This document shows, one piece after another, positions 23,325 to 37,488 of a stretch of DNA of 64,000 nt (positions within the stretch are counted from its first letter, which is position 1; every line of letters starts with the position of its first letter). The stretch is from Polymyxa betae A26-41. Lineage: Eukaryota; Protista; Endomyxa: Phytomyxea. The notes beneath the pieces are model-generated. The model was not told where the DNA came from and ran no database searches. It saw only the letters and a program-made list of their open reading frames with translations. Made by a program: the position numbers and the translations under genes. The stretch covers positions 145,256 through 209,255 of the forward strand of contig RBZT01000588.1 of assembly GCA_003693705.1 (NCBI GenBank), in the 5' to 3' direction.

Positions 23325-26075
23325 TCAATACGATTTTTCAAGGTCATCTTTATTTCGTTTTGGTTCTTCTGTAGAACCGGTGTGTGATCGTTGAAGGTTT
23401 ACGGAGACTCGGCAAGCTCGTAAAGGTGGAAGCAGGAGTTTTCTCCCCTGTAAACCTTTAAGCAGATCAGAACCTAGGTAAACATCACAGCATATCTCTG
23501 ACCCTTTGGCCATATTTCGTAAAGCACTACCGTACTTGGATTCCTAACTCGCTGCAGTTTGTATGAGCCTGGCAACCGAACAACCGAAAAGTCATCGTCC
23601 TCTTTCATTTTCGTGTTCACTGCCTAAAATAGCTCAAAATATTGCCTCAGCAACGAGATTCTAAAGTACTTTCACGACGGCGTCGCTACAAATGATCTGC
23701 CCACCGTGAGCAGCGCTGCTTATACGAGATGTTAAATGTACATCAGTTCCAGAGTAATCGATCCTATTCGTGATAGAGTTTCTTCTTTTTCGAGGAGTTC
23801 CTGTATGAATACCCATCCTTACTCGGAGACCTATATCAGGCCGATTTGGTAATATTCGAACGCTCAAATAACCATATGTACCAGCGAACAATTTGCTTGT
23901 CGTTACGACAGCTTCTGCAGAGCCGATGCCCACGCCGTATTCATTGTGTGCGTCATAGCAATTCGCGAGGGACGAAGGCCACTCTGCTTTTAATAAATCG
24001 TATTGAGCAGATACGCACCACCTGATTGCATCCAAAGCTGAAAACACGTTGAGTTTAATGACTGTAAAAAGCGGCTCCCAACCTTCAATAAATGCCACGA
24101 CGAACGCATCTCCTTCGGTTTTCACCTCATATCCATTACATCGACCCAATGCAGATCTAAGAATGTGGTCCTAGAAAAAGTTCAGTGGTTACGGTAATGT
24201 TAGCTTAAAAACGCCTGACATGCATTTCAAGGGCCACATTCATGGCTCCTGGTTCACGCTCCCACAGCATTGTGGAGCCTTGAACGTCGCTGACTACCAA
24301 TGTGATCTTTGACAATTCAGCACTCCGTTCAACACGTATTCAGTTAGAGTACCTGGGTTACTTGTGAGTTCTCGAATGACTGGTCAGGTATTGATTTAGG
24401 GGCAATGGATACTTCTATGGACCCGTTCTCTTCCTATAAACAATATCGAACTTGATCAACAAATTCGAAGGCAAACGGACCTCGATGGCGGCGTTGATTG
24501 CCCATATCCAATCTTCTCTTGTTTTTTCTGAATCCGAGGCTAGATGATACGATTTGCATCCATCTCTGATAGTAAAGCGGAATGGGAATCCATTTTGGGA
24601 CAATGCCCCTATTCCACTTCCATTTACTGTAACAGCACATCAATGTAAGTAATAAATCGTCGGTGGCTGTTTGTCAGTTCTTCAACTACCTGCGATAGTT
24701 GCACAGGCCACGTCCAGCACAGCCTCTGCATGGAACGACCTTAATCCGATTTCCTGTTCCACATCCATATCAAAATATGCACCTAAACATCGTCTTCAGT
24801 AGACAATCAGATAAAGTTGCAATTAGAACATGTTTGCGATTGTAAGACGAAGTAATATCGGCGCCAGATTTTCTCCCCATGATCCTGAAATCCTAATCAG
24901 CAGAACTGTCCATGTAAATTAAATGGAGTGGAGTACTTGCTTAAAAAGCCATCCATCTTTACTGCCGTTGTCAGGCATGTTGCCTAGGTCTTGCAGAGCG
25001 TCTTTCCAATTTGCAAGCTCATCCTTGTCACTGGACCCCAAACGGATGACTTTCTTTAACTTATCGTTGAATACAGAGAAGCAAAATTTCGGGGGTTCCT
25101 CTCTTCCTGGATTAAGTTAAAAGCATGAATACTAAATGCCGTTGAAACCCCAACCTTTCAAACTAAATGTGTGACCACTGCTATCAGACAGCGTCAGCGC
25201 TGAGGTATCGCTCTCGATCTCGTTGCCAAGCTCGACATCAGAAGCATCAAAAGCACCTTTATGTTTTGCTTTAAGAAAGAGGAGCGACCTTGGTTTGAGC
25301 AATGTAAAATATTGTTGCCAAGTAGAATCATTTTCATAAGTCAACCATCCACTTTTCGTAACCGAGTCAACCTCCGAAGTCTTTGAATGAAATAGAGTTT
25401 TCAGATTATGTTTAATCCAATTCGCAGTAGTTGATTTTGGATGGAAGACTTTTTCAGGATGGGTCGATGATCTCTGTGGCAAAGATTGAATAGTTTAGAG
25501 CAGCGTCACATGTTAACCAACCCGTTTAATTAGCTCAGGTGCTGAGTTCTTCCACTCTGTCTTAGTTAACACGTACGAGGTCAGGCTGCTGTCCTCGCTT
25601 ATACACACTTCAAACTTTCTGTTTGTCAACCGCTCGTAATAGGTTCCAGTTACTTCTACCACTCCTAGACGATTATCTACAATATAATGATAATCATAGC
25701 CATCTGTAAACATTTTGGTTTGCTTGCTTAGCCGCTGCGCAAAAGCGAATTGTTACCTTGTATCTGGAATACGATCTCGTTTGAATTCCGCGCGATTACC
25801 ATTCCGCGAAGATGCTCGATAGGGATTCGGCGTCGAAAGCTAGCATATGAATCTTTTTTAAGATTATACAATGCTTTATCAGTAATAAGCAGGACTCGAG
25901 ACTGTCTCCGTTTCATTGGATTGATCTTAAAAGCCATGGCCGCGAACTTCACTGTCTCGACAGCCTGCTCACCATTCTCCAAACATAGCTGATCCAGCAA
26001 CGCCAGTAGGTTGGGGTTCATACCTAGCTGGAGATGGTCATACACCGGTAGATTATTACCTACCGGGCTCGTCAT
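23325..26075 (-). CDS. Class III adenylyl cyclase with N-terminal myosin-TH1-like and two PH domains
   Basis: KINPMKRRQSRVLLITDKALYNL...RRRIPI (TH1); KSGWL and KDGWL...REDWIWAI (PH x2); SDVQGSTMLWE, GYEVKTEGDAF, GLRVRMGIHTG, DYSGTDVHLTSRISSAAHGGQI (cyclase). Confidence 0.85.
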
Positions 26076-26271
26076 GCAGACAAAAGTGAAGAGAGGAACG
26101 ATGAGCACTAAACCGAAAGGCCTCTACAGTTCTGGAATCTGTATCGTATAGACGGGGAGAATGTCGTCACATTTAACATTGTCCAACTACAGTATGCGGA
26201 CAAGCCGGTGATACGATTACTTCTAGAATATCCAGCAGCAAACGATACGTATTTATTTATTATGTGCAGGA

Positions 26272-29200
26272 TCAGGATTTGATAAATGGTTTATTGCCGG
26301 GAAATGATCGAGCCATTAACTTTGGAGACTTGGGGGCTGATTTCGCTTTTTTCTTGGACCCGGACCCAAGACTTCCGCTTGCTCCTTCTAATGCGGCTTC
26401 TGCGCTAGAATCTAATCCTTTACCAGATAAAGCGTTTTCTCCCAGTTCCGTTACGGTTTCATCAACGTCACCGTATGCAGGCACGTACGGGATTCCTTTT
26501 ATTCCTTGCCGGGTTAGAGCTGACTCATCTTGGTCCTACACCATGAGTTGTGAAAAGCTGTTGTCATTTTAGGCGTTTTAATTACTTTGGTGGCTTCGTC
26601 TACACTTTGTTTGAGTGTTAGTATCGACGTTTCAAATGCCCCCAGAACTTGGTTAAATTTCTCTGCTGTCCAGGTAGTTCCTGATTCGAGCCATGATTCA
26701 TCAAAGTCACTTCCCTGCAGCAATATTCCATCAGTCATCCAGCTCACTGGAAACCCGTACGGATGCACTCACAATGACTTTAGCGACTACATGCAATAAA
26801 CCGGAAATACCCTCCTGCAGTAGGGCCATACGTTGAGTCGCCTTGTCTGCTTGGATTTTGGTTTTATCGGCCCGAGCGCATGTCTCTCTAAACTTCTCCT
26901 GCAATTGGTCGACATCTCGCCATCGACTATTGGTAAAGTTGCTCTTCTCCTCCTCGAGGCGCTGCAGAAGATCATTCTGTAAACAATTTGAGACAACAGG
27001 ACATGTCAGGCATTATTTTCAATTGACCTTCTTTTGTTGTGTTGCTTCTAATAATTTGGTTTTTTCTTGAATCTCCTTCTCAAGATCAAGCTTAATTTCC
27101 TCTTTGAGATAAAACTTATTGATGATATCATCTGGCTTCTCAAATCCAGTGGCCGCTGCAATCCTCTGGAGAGTCTCTTTCTGTTCCGTTATCTGAGCGT
27201 TTAGCCCATCCAGAACTTTATGCAAATCATTTGCTTGGTTCTCTTTAGCACGGATTTTTCCCAACATCCTTTCGATTTTTGAATTGAATTTGTCGATAGT
27301 CTGTAGTGAAAAATATCAACATTTAGAGAAGGCAGTCAAGACAACCCAACCTTGTTTTCGCGATCAGCTTTTTGGAGCTGACGTTTTTTACGCTGGGCCT
27401 TTAATACTGTGAGCACATTTTGGAAACTTTGAAGTTGATCAACGGCAAATTGATGAAAGGAAATAATTTCGCTCTGGAATTGCTCGAACTCATGAGCCGC
27501 CTGCTCCTGCTCGATTTGGGCCTGATTTTTTAAGGTATTCATTTTCCGATACAGAGCATTGATTTCCGCTCTGTTAAGGATTGGTAAATTATAGGAAATG
27601 TAGCATTTTCATCGAACCTTTGCTTCCGTAAGGCCTCCATCTGGAAGAAACGATCGAGCTCCTCTTCTTTGAGATGAGCAATATTCAACTCGTAGTTCTT
27701 ACGGTTCTCTTCCGTTTCATTGATCTTGATCGTAACGGTGTCCAGTTGCATCTCGAGACCTTTTAATCTTTCTTCATACTGAGCTTGAGCGGTTTCCATC
27801 GCTCTTGTGGACGTCGTTATATACTGCAACTTCAAGTCAGCTGTTGCCTCTTGATCAGTGATTTATAGATCAACCTGAACTTCTCGTTGAAGGCGATGGA
27901 GCAAGGACTGCTTCTCAACGACTTTCGAACGTTGAGCATCATATTCTTTTCTTAATGCACAAACAATTGCAAAAGTATTTCTGATATGGGCATCGGAGTC
28001 AGATTCGTGTCTCTCGGTTAAAGCCGATGTCATTCTTGTTACCTAACACCACTTTTACAAACCGAAAACACACACACTGTTACAACCCACCATCTGTGCA
28101 GATTCGCGAAGAAACAGAGTCCGAGCAGACGGAAGAGCTGGAACAAGTGGAGAATCAGCCGCTTGTGGACTGGAATTTGCTGAAGGTCCTAGACGAAATG
28201 GATCAGCAATCAAACGTGATGATAATGCGATTTCATACTATCTGTATGGGGAATTAGGGGTAATGAAGCCCCATCTGCAATTTGCCTGGCTTCATTTCGT
28301 GAAGACAGCAATGCTACCAATTGCTTGCTAAAGACAAAATCAACAATGGCTAGCCGTTAATCGCAAACTCAACGAGGCAGGGCAGAAAACAGGGTGAATT
28401 ATTCCTAAAAGAAAAACAGCATAATGAACGACCTCAAAATTTTGCTGCGTTTCTGCCTAGATCTCTGCTGTTGCTCAGAAACTGTTATTATGTGCTTGCC
28501 AGGAGCACTGTTTGCCCCTTGCAAACTGCTGTCGAGCTCAGGTGGACCTTCTTGCGCAGGCCTTAAGGCTGGAGATTCCCGGATGCGTCTTAGGTTGTGC
28601 ACAGATTCAACCTGTTCTGATATCTCTGCTGTCATGCTTTGCCTGGTTTGAATACTCTCAAGCTGAGCCCTTGTATCTCTGACTTCTTCTTCTTTTGTTT
28701 GTTCTCGTGTCTGCTCATCTTGTAAGCATTGTCAAGACTGTGCAAAGGGGCATACCTTCTGCCTCGATTTCGTCCATTGCAGCATCTCTTCTTTTATCTT
28801 ACCCAATTCTTTCTTTCCCAGCCCATAATTCGTTTTCTTCAGATACCGTAACTTTAAAATTTGTTCCTGTTTCTGTCCAAGAAACCATTCGTGGACATCG
28901 TGGCCAAGCGAAGTCCATTTCACGCTTGTCAACGCAACACTGTGATGCTCTCCACATTGGATCATTCCAACGACTGACCCCAGAATGTGCTCGACAACGC
29001 GAGGAAAGAGAAGGTTGTCGTCGGTGTCTTGCCCTATTGACGACAAAAACACCATAAATAACTTCAATCTAGGCGTTCATAAAAGTTAAATCCAGACCTA
29101 GTTGACCGTTGTCATTGTTTCCCCAAGAATAGATAGCGCCGAAGTTAGTTAATGCAAGAGAATGGTATCGACCAGCTGCAACCTAAACGATGTAAGCACA

Positions 29201-30538
29201 ATAGGCGAATTTGTCAATAATAGGCAGCGTTACCTGAACAATATCCTTCGAAGCAATAATCAATCGGGGCACAGAGAGGTTCCCGCGAACACCATGCCCT
29301 AATTGGCCGTACTCTCCAGCCCCAACAGTATATACCTAAAATCATTAGTGAAATTGTCACCACTGAATATCAGTGCAACGCTACCTCGCCTCTGGCGCTG
29401 AGAGCGACAATGTGGCTTTGCCCACAAGACACTTGAGATATTCGTGTGGAAAAGCTAAACTTCCTTGGAAGGTACATGAAATTATGATCTATGTTTTGAT
29501 AGAAATATTCTCCAAAGCCACAGACATAAAGCTCGCCCGATTCCGTGATCATGCAAGTAAATATGGCACCACAGCGTACTGAAACGATTCTTGCTGTAGA
29601 CAGCGTTTGAATTATTATCGGCCGTAACTGATCAGATTGATCGCCGTGCCCCAGCTGGCCATGCTCGCCGCATCCAAACGAATACACCTTCCCGTTGCCT
29701 GAAGGCACATTCATTTTGAATCTTAAGCTGACGGCTCCTGGTTACGAGAAAGGGCAACAGAATGTTTGTCTCCACATGCAATTTGGACGAATTCAACGCT
29801 TCGTTCTGTATCGATTAACTTCGGGATCTTCACCATTTGACGATCACCATGCCCAGTTTGACCGTATCTGGAAAATCCCCACGACCATAGTTTTCCTTTA
29901 TCAGTGAGCACAATCTACAGATAGGTTGAGCCCAATGTCGAAACTGTAGCTATTTTCGTACTGTATGTGATTGGCCGCATGCCACAGCCATGACGAAAGC
30001 TGTCAGCGCCCTTACAGCCCTCGGCGTCGGTTGATTGACGAACCCTTCATGTACCTGGCCCAGCTGGCCCATACGCCCATCTCCCCAGGTGAACACTTGT
30101 CCTTCATCTGCGACACATTTAAATGTCCAATGGCCCGCCCGCCACCTTCCTTACCAGAGACAGCAGCTGTATGTAAGCCGCCGCAAGCCACTTGTCTTAT
30201 AGCAACATTCTCAGGAAACGCTACATACTGGGGGACCGACGCGTATTTCTTCTGCCCTCGCATGAACTTCCTGCCAAGCTGCCCATGGTAGCCAGCTCCC
30301 CACGTATAGACATAGGTGCCCCCTGATGAGTCTATATCTCATTCATTATCATATGGTTTTTTTGTTCAAAGGGTGTCAACATACCGATTGTCTTGCGCGA
30401 TCCCGGGTCCACATGATCAGCGATTTTCCGAAGACTATCGAAGATCAGCTGCCTGCGCTTGAGTTCTGGCGCCGGACCAAAGTCGACGGATTCTTTCTGG
30501 GTTGGTTCGTCTTTAACGCGTTCGAACGCGTTCGCCAT
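26272..30538 (-). CDS. RCC1-repeat protein with C-terminal ODA docking-complex-like coiled coil
   Basis: Multiple xWGxGxxGQLG / VACGxxH repeats at about 28930-30320; coiled coil with LQRIAAATGFEKPDDIINKF; plausible splice path between the two parts. Confidence 0.7.
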
Positions 30539-30670
30539 AATTGGCTGCTCCTGGCTTTAACCCAGCGGAGCCCGATTTCAAGAATCAAGATGGATCGTTC
30601 TGGTGGTACACATTTGATTAGTGTGAAAAATCGGTAGTTGTTCATAGCAAACTGATTGCCGAGATTTATT

Positions 30671-31316
30671 ATGGATTCTGCAAAAGAGTTATCGGCTGCA
30701 ACCACTGCAGTGAATGCCTTTGCCATCGACGAAGTATTTGGAATTATTGACAGTTCAGCAAGCGGAAGAATCGACGCTGACAGTAACGATCATGCACATT
30801 GTAGCAAAACCCCATAGTGCGCTGACTAGGCTTAGATCTGCTACCAATCTTAAACCGAGCGGGCCTGAATTTAACCCGGAAATCAGTCCAAGACATGATG
30901 AATGCGAGCTTTGGAACTGGTACGTTGACTCCGGTTGCTTTCAAGAGGATCCTGGAGCAATCTACTGTCATACCGGTAGCTTTAATTCTTTTCGCTTTTT
31001 GTATCAAGTTAATTACTGGGTAGGCAGACCAAGACAAAGAAGCGGCCGATCTACTATGGGCATTACAACAGGTTTTGACACTATGACAACGATAACTTAA
31101 TTCTACTGAACTTACTGTTCTAAGATCAGTATACCTGGTTCAGAGCTTGTGAAGATTAAGACCATACAGCAGTATCTTCAAGCATTTGGTCTGGATCTTC
31201 CTAAGGCACAATTTGATCGGATATTTGCCGGACTTCACATCGAAAACGATGGGACCGTGGAGTATCGGGAGCTGATCGATCATCTTCTCAGTAATCGAAC
31301 ATACCTTAAGAAATAG
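30671..31316 (+). CDS. Calmodulin/centrin/light-chain-like EF-hand protein
   Basis: Spliced model: EVFGIIDSSASGRIDAD...LNLTRKSVQDMM...FDRIFAGLHIENDGTVEYRELIDHL; not captured by the ORF track. Confidence 0.72.
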
Positions 31317-31513
31317 CAACCAAATTCTGCAAATACGACTTGCATGTCCGCTTACTGAAATCCGCGAAAATTAAATAAGCTGATCCAGCTCGGCAACAAA
31401 TCGATCGCGAACGATGCTTTAACACTTTTACTCAACCTAGTTTATTTAGATAAAAAATATTCTTCTTAAACATTGAATAAATAAGTTGCTTATTACGGTT
31501 CTGTAAATAAATA

Positions 31514-33016
31514 CTATACAGCGAACAGCACTGTAGGATTCGAACAAGAGCTGTTTAGCGGTAGTTCCAGCTTCTTCTTGGAGGCCCAGTCCGGAACAGT
31601 TTTCGCTGCAGTTGAAGGCGTGACGATACTCAGATTATAAAGTAATATTCCGATCATAGCGATACAAACGCCGACGACATTTGTTAGCTGAATCGGATTC
31701 CCGAAAAGAATTACAGCAGAGCAGATCAAGATGAGTCTTCGAAAAACATCGGCAATTGAATATCCTGCAGAAAGCCTTACAATCAACGGATCAACAGGAT
31801 AACGAATAGCTAACCTAACGAGCCCAGCGCTCCGATAGCAGCGTAGCTGAATCGAAGTTCAGCGAAATAATTCAATCCGCCAAGCGTGAGCAGAACAAAC
31901 GGGCTTTGCCCGGAAGTGGCTAGCACATCAGTTGCATTAACATCGCTTTGAAATCGGACCACAGCGCTAGACAACAAGCAAATGGCCCCCAATAACATAG
32001 CCGAAAGACCAGCAGTGAAAACCTGAAGCTGCATCGGAGACACGGTTTCTTGCATAAGAATGCTCTTGGCGCGTATATTGAAAAACGTCTGATTCCAAGC
32101 GGAAAATATACCCAGCATGAAACCGATAGGGTGAAAACCCAGCTCTTGAGAGATCACATTTAGCAGCGGATTTCCGCACAAAGAAAACATCTTCCTACCT
32201 GAGGCTGAAGCCAGGCCAACGCCTCCAACAACAGCAATAAGCGAAAACTGGGTTAGGAATGAGAACCTCTTTTTATGAAGCAACCAGCATACTAAAGATG
32301 TCCACAGAGGTACTATGGCACGATTCAGAATATTCCCGATTCTACCTGATATGGCCTACTGGTAGATTTGATCGTATTCAGGAAAGAAACAGGGATATAA
32401 AGCATGGCTGAATTATACGATATACTCATGAATGTCATGGCAATCGATAACGGCACGATGGACCGAAAATGCATTCCTGCTTTGGGTTTGGCAAGAGAGC
32501 CAGAGGATTTCGCCGGCGCCGAGCGAGTTGAAAATAAGACAATCGCCTAGAAAACACTTGAAAATCGATCCTCAGCAGTAATGACAGCAGGACGCACGCC
32601 TGCAATGCTAACAAATAATTGCTGGAATAGAGACAAACTGACTGCACTCCCCAAATACTTTAATTGAACCTATCCACATTTTCAGTTCAGATCCAATGCA
32701 GAAGAACCACAGTTCGCTGACATAACTCAATTTGGAAGAAATAATGCTGGATGTATACCAGAGGGCAATTAGCAAGGCATTCGCCGACTACATTGGAAGG
32801 CCACTTATCACCCTAAAAGCCAGCGGAGCAGTGGTGTCTACCTTTTTGGGCGATTGCTCTGCGGATTCGACATCGTCCGCTTTGGGCTTCATCTAGGAAT
32901 AGACCAAGCAGCGCTGGGCTAATCGCTATAGCTGCCCATATCAGCAACAACCATAGAATCCTGTGACAATACGGCCATTCTGAATCCGAATCGGGGCAAT
33001 CCGTAACAGCAAACAA
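31514..33016 (-). CDS. Triose-phosphate translocator / SLC35E-type nucleotide-sugar transporter
   Basis: LLIALWYTSSI, SLIAVVGGVGLAS, YSIADVFRRLILICSAVILFGNPIQLTNVVGVCIAMIGILLYN; 5' end uncertain. Confidence 0.82.
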
Positions 33017-33112
33017 GGTCGAATCATCTTTCTAGCGGGCGATTTCGTTGATTGTATTCAACAAACTAGGCGATTCCATTTGAATATGGAGTTTTAGCGT
33101 AGGGGTGCGAGA

Positions 33113-34675
33113 TGGCTTCTTGCATTTGCGAATTCACTTTGCCCGGAACTGCCTGGCTGCAATCTAAAGGAAAAACGGCCGATTCAGAAATGGGAACGGC
33201 TGCTTTGGGTTATATTGATGATTTCATTTTTTTTTGAAGTGTATGCAAGGCCTAGCCTCAGCTAAACGTTGTGCTGGGTGGTCTAGGCGTCGGAACATCG
33301 ATTTTACAAAAAAAAAATTTTGATGGCGGTTATTACATGGCACGAAATAATTTGCACTTGGTTCTTCGTAGTCAATTCTTAAGAATACATTATAAGATGA
33401 AGCGATGTCTTTCATCAGCAATTGGATTCCAGACCTGGTCAAGGAATCGCAGCGATTACCGAGCTGGACTCATAGATCATGATCTGAATGCTATGACAGC
33501 CATTTGTCGAGATCAAGCAATGTGTGCTGGGACACAGAATCCTGTTCCTCTCACCAATGAGGCTAAACAAACTGTAACAAATTCGGGCCCACGATGGACA
33601 AGAAGCGAATTGAATTTTTAAAGACTGGTGTGCACTTGACAGCAAACAGGAGCGACGTTTGCATGTCGTGTTTGCCTCTAGCAAATGCTCATTTCTGGAT
33701 TGACTACAGGAAGCCAACTACAGAAGCTATGCTGTTTGTTGGCACGGCTGGAGATCTGGTGAAGGAGGATACCCAGAGATTCTACCCAGAACAACTAAAT
33801 GACCTGTTCCAAGGATTGTAAGGAATGGGAAATGGCATTTTGTTAACTCGCTGGGCGAAAGGATATACGATATAGATCTGTACGTCGAGGCCTGCACAGT
33901 TACCGAAGGGGCTGAAGCACAACGTGGTTTTACATTCGTGAACGAAGCCATACGACGATCGGTCATCAGTCAGGAAAGATCCGCTTTGGACGAAAGACCA
34001 GCTGCTGTATCTAAGGCTGAGTCTATTTATTGTATTTTGAAGCCTGTGATTGTATAATGTCAAGGTGTGCTGATCAGCAAGATGCTCATACACCACATCA
34101 TTTTGCAAAGCATCATAATAATAATACCTTTTACCTTTGCTACTCACAAGGCGAGGAATTTCCCGACTATTTGCCCCGAAACGTCCTGTTGGCAGATCGA
34201 AATGATGACAAATTGTCAGTTTTCGTATGAAAAACTGTTATCGAAATGAAATTGCTGCCGATGAGATCGTGAATATGACAACTAACGTTTTCTTCGACTG
34301 AATTCATATGTGGTGGATAACAGGGCAATCGTTCGTACCCTGCACGCTAAAATCTCGTTGCTGTCAACATACAGAAAAGGTGATTATAAATCATTTGGAT
34401 ATGAAGGAGGTGAATGTATCGGCTCCAAGTGGAACAGCGATTCTGGCCTTGGTATTCAGGTTACTAGAGCATTACCTGCACCAATGCATGAACAAGCACG
34501 AAATCTGAGAGAACGAGAGAGATTTCTTCTAAATTTGCCTCTCTTGAAGACTTTTTTTTTGAAATTAATGATGTTCAGATATGCTTCACTCAGGATTAAC
34601 TTACTCTATCGTCAATCGTTATTCAGACAATCGTCAATCATTAAAATGATTTCCGTTGATGCGAAGTGGAATTGA
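33113..34675 (+). CDS. Hypothetical multi-exon protein
   Basis: Chain of same-strand ORF fragments separated by intron-like segments; no family recognised; both ends uncertain. Confidence 0.4.
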
Positions 34676-34851
34676 TATCTGTTCTCCATGTAAAGATGAT
34701 ATATTTTCATTTTCTGCTAGCGGGCCCGAATGACAATCTTCAAGAGAAATTCGTTATCGGAAGAGCATTTTCTCAGCCGCGCTTTGGCAATAGGGCTGTT
34801 AGGTCTGACCAGGTTCCTGTAATTGCCAGGAAACAGCGCAATTCATTTTCA

Positions 34852-37346
34852 ATGATGTCGCATAGGATTCAGCGTCTGCCTCCAGAAGTTGTCAATCGAA
34901 TCGCGGCAGGGGAGGTCATCCAGCGGCCGTCGTCGGCGCTTAAAGAACGTCTGTAGGAGATGAGGGATTTTGTTTGAAGAATCTCCTGACCATCCGAGTA
35001 TAGTCATTGAGAACAGCATCGATGCTGGAGCCACTCGAATCAATATCGCTCTTGGCCAGTCTGGGTTGAAGCTTCTATCGATTACAGATAACGGTTCAGG
35101 AATCGCTGTGGTCTGATTGGCTTGCCTTTTTGTTTTCATGGTTGACTTAAGCATTTGAATAGGACGACTTTCCGATTCTTTGCGAGCGGTTCACAACGAG
35201 TAAGCTGCGAGAATATAAAGATTTGGAATCGATCGAGACGTTTGGATTTCGTGGCGAAGCGCTCGCTTCCATTAGCCACGTCGCTCATATATCTGTGATG
35301 TCGAAAACAGCCGATGCGAAAACCGCTTTCAAAGCGACATTTCTGGACGGAAGAATCTGTGATCAGCCTCAGCCCTGTGCTGGCCTTCAAGGCACCCAGA
35401 TCGTTATCGAAGATCTGTTTTATAATATCGTACGTGTTTACGAGAAGATTAACTTATTGACACATGCTCACGCTCTGCAGCCAATGCGTCTCAATGCGTT
35501 GAAGAACCTGAATGATGAATACAATCGTTGCTTGACAACATTATCGCACTTTGCCGTTCATTTCTACAAAGTTGCATTTTCCGTAAAAAAGCAAGGCAAG
35601 ACGAAATGCGATTTGAACACAACAGGAAAGGCTTCCCAGCAGGATGTTATTCGTTTGCTCTTCGGACAGGTAGCAGGTTTTAGGTCCTGCGTTCTTTTTG
35701 TTGTAATTTATGCTTTTATAGGCGATAGCCAAAGAATTGCTTCCAGTATCTGGTTCAGAACCGGGGTCACAAGCAAATCTGAAACTCAGTGGTCTGGTGA
35801 CAAACGTGAATTTTAATGTGAAGACTTTCACGTTAATTCTTTTTGTCAATCAACGTCTCGTCGAATGCACAGCAATTCGAAAAACAGTCGAATCTGTATA
35901 TGCACCGTTTTTACCGAAAGGTTCCCATCCCTTCGTATATCTAGATCTGCGAATTCCTGTAATGAGAAAGTTCAATTCTCAATCGTATTTATCAATGACT
36001 TACACTAACAGCCACATACTGTTGATGTCAATGTACATCCCACAAAGCGAGAGGTCGGTCTGTTGTACGAAGCCGAGATTGTCGAGCTGTTGCAGAAATG
36101 GCTCCAAAGCTCGTTGTCTGCCAGTAACAAAAGCAGAACTTATGTCGTGCAATCTGTTGTCCAAGCTCCAATAGAAGTTTCTGCTGTCGCTCAAATTGCT
36201 AAAAAAGGCATATTTGTTATGCCCTGCCTTTTCTCTTAGCGTTCTGAAACATCGTATAGTTACTAATCCAAGCCAGGCAGTACGAACAGATTTTCGTGCA
36301 CCTGCTGGCCGACTTGCTGCGTATTTGTCCCATCCAAAGATGATGACCCTATCTGGCCCTAAACAGACAGAAGTTGAGGAGGTGGGAGATGGAACCACCT
36401 GCGATTTGGCAAGTGTTCGTGAGCTGCTGGATGATGTAAGATTAGAGCGTCTTTCTTATTGGTCTGTGTCAGCTTCGTACAGATCAGAATAAGCTGTAGT
36501 GAGACACTCTCCCATGTCTTCAAGACCTATGTATTCGTTGGTTGTATCGACGATCATTTTGCGCTTATTCAAAGTGGCACCAAACTGTTCGTTGTTAATG
36601 TCCCTGTAGTCAGGTATGGATTATGGTTATGTTTGTGGCCGCTGTCAACGATTTGGTAATTGTAGCAACTGCTTCTTCTATGAGCGCTGTTTGCGAAGTT
36701 TTTCGAGGCTGCCCAAGTTTCGGTTGCAATCTCAGCCCAGGATTTCAATTTGCAACTTGTGCCGAATTGCTCTGGATGACCCCAATTCTGGCTGGACTCC
36801 TGAAGATGGCGATAAAGAAGAAATCGCCACTCACATCACGAATGTCTTCATCAGTCAGCGTCAGATGCTGAATGAGTATTTCTCCATTGCCGTCTCTGAG
36901 AATGGTGATCTACTTGCATTACCTCAGGTTTGCTCATCGAAGTAACTATTTACGCTTATCATTATTACTTGCTAGATTCTTCGTCAGTATGTCCCACCGC
37001 TTGCCCTTCTTCCGATGTTTGTTTTACGTTGTGGTTCTGAGGTATCTTCTTTCTGTTTTAAGCAACATTCGGGATTGAGACAGTAAGTCAGGTCGACTGG
37101 AGGACAGAAAAGGAATGTTTTCGAGATTTGTCTCAAGAGTTAGCTCGGCTGTATCAGGTTCATCCGGGAATGTATATCGATTCTGTAGCTCAGGCCAACA
37201 AGCCATCTCTACAATGGATTACAGAGCATGTTCTGATGTCAGCGTTCCAGAATGGATTCGTTCCACCAAAACATCTAATTGACAGCGGAGCCATTCTGCA
37301 AATTGCTTCGTGTGAAAGCTTATATAAAGTATTTGAGCGGTGTTGA
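34852..37346 (+). CDS. MLH1: DNA mismatch repair protein MLH1
   Basis: [50 protein letters not shown]-terminal LYKVFERC. Confidence 0.97.
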
Positions 37347-37488
37347 AACTCAGCTAGAACAAATAGAATATGGAAAACAATTTAATCAATGTTGTAAGTT
37401 TACTCCTCACCCGTAATGAAAAGCGTTCGATTTGATCCACCGTACTGAATAAGATTTAATGCTAAGTTGCACTGAAGGTTATTCCTGA

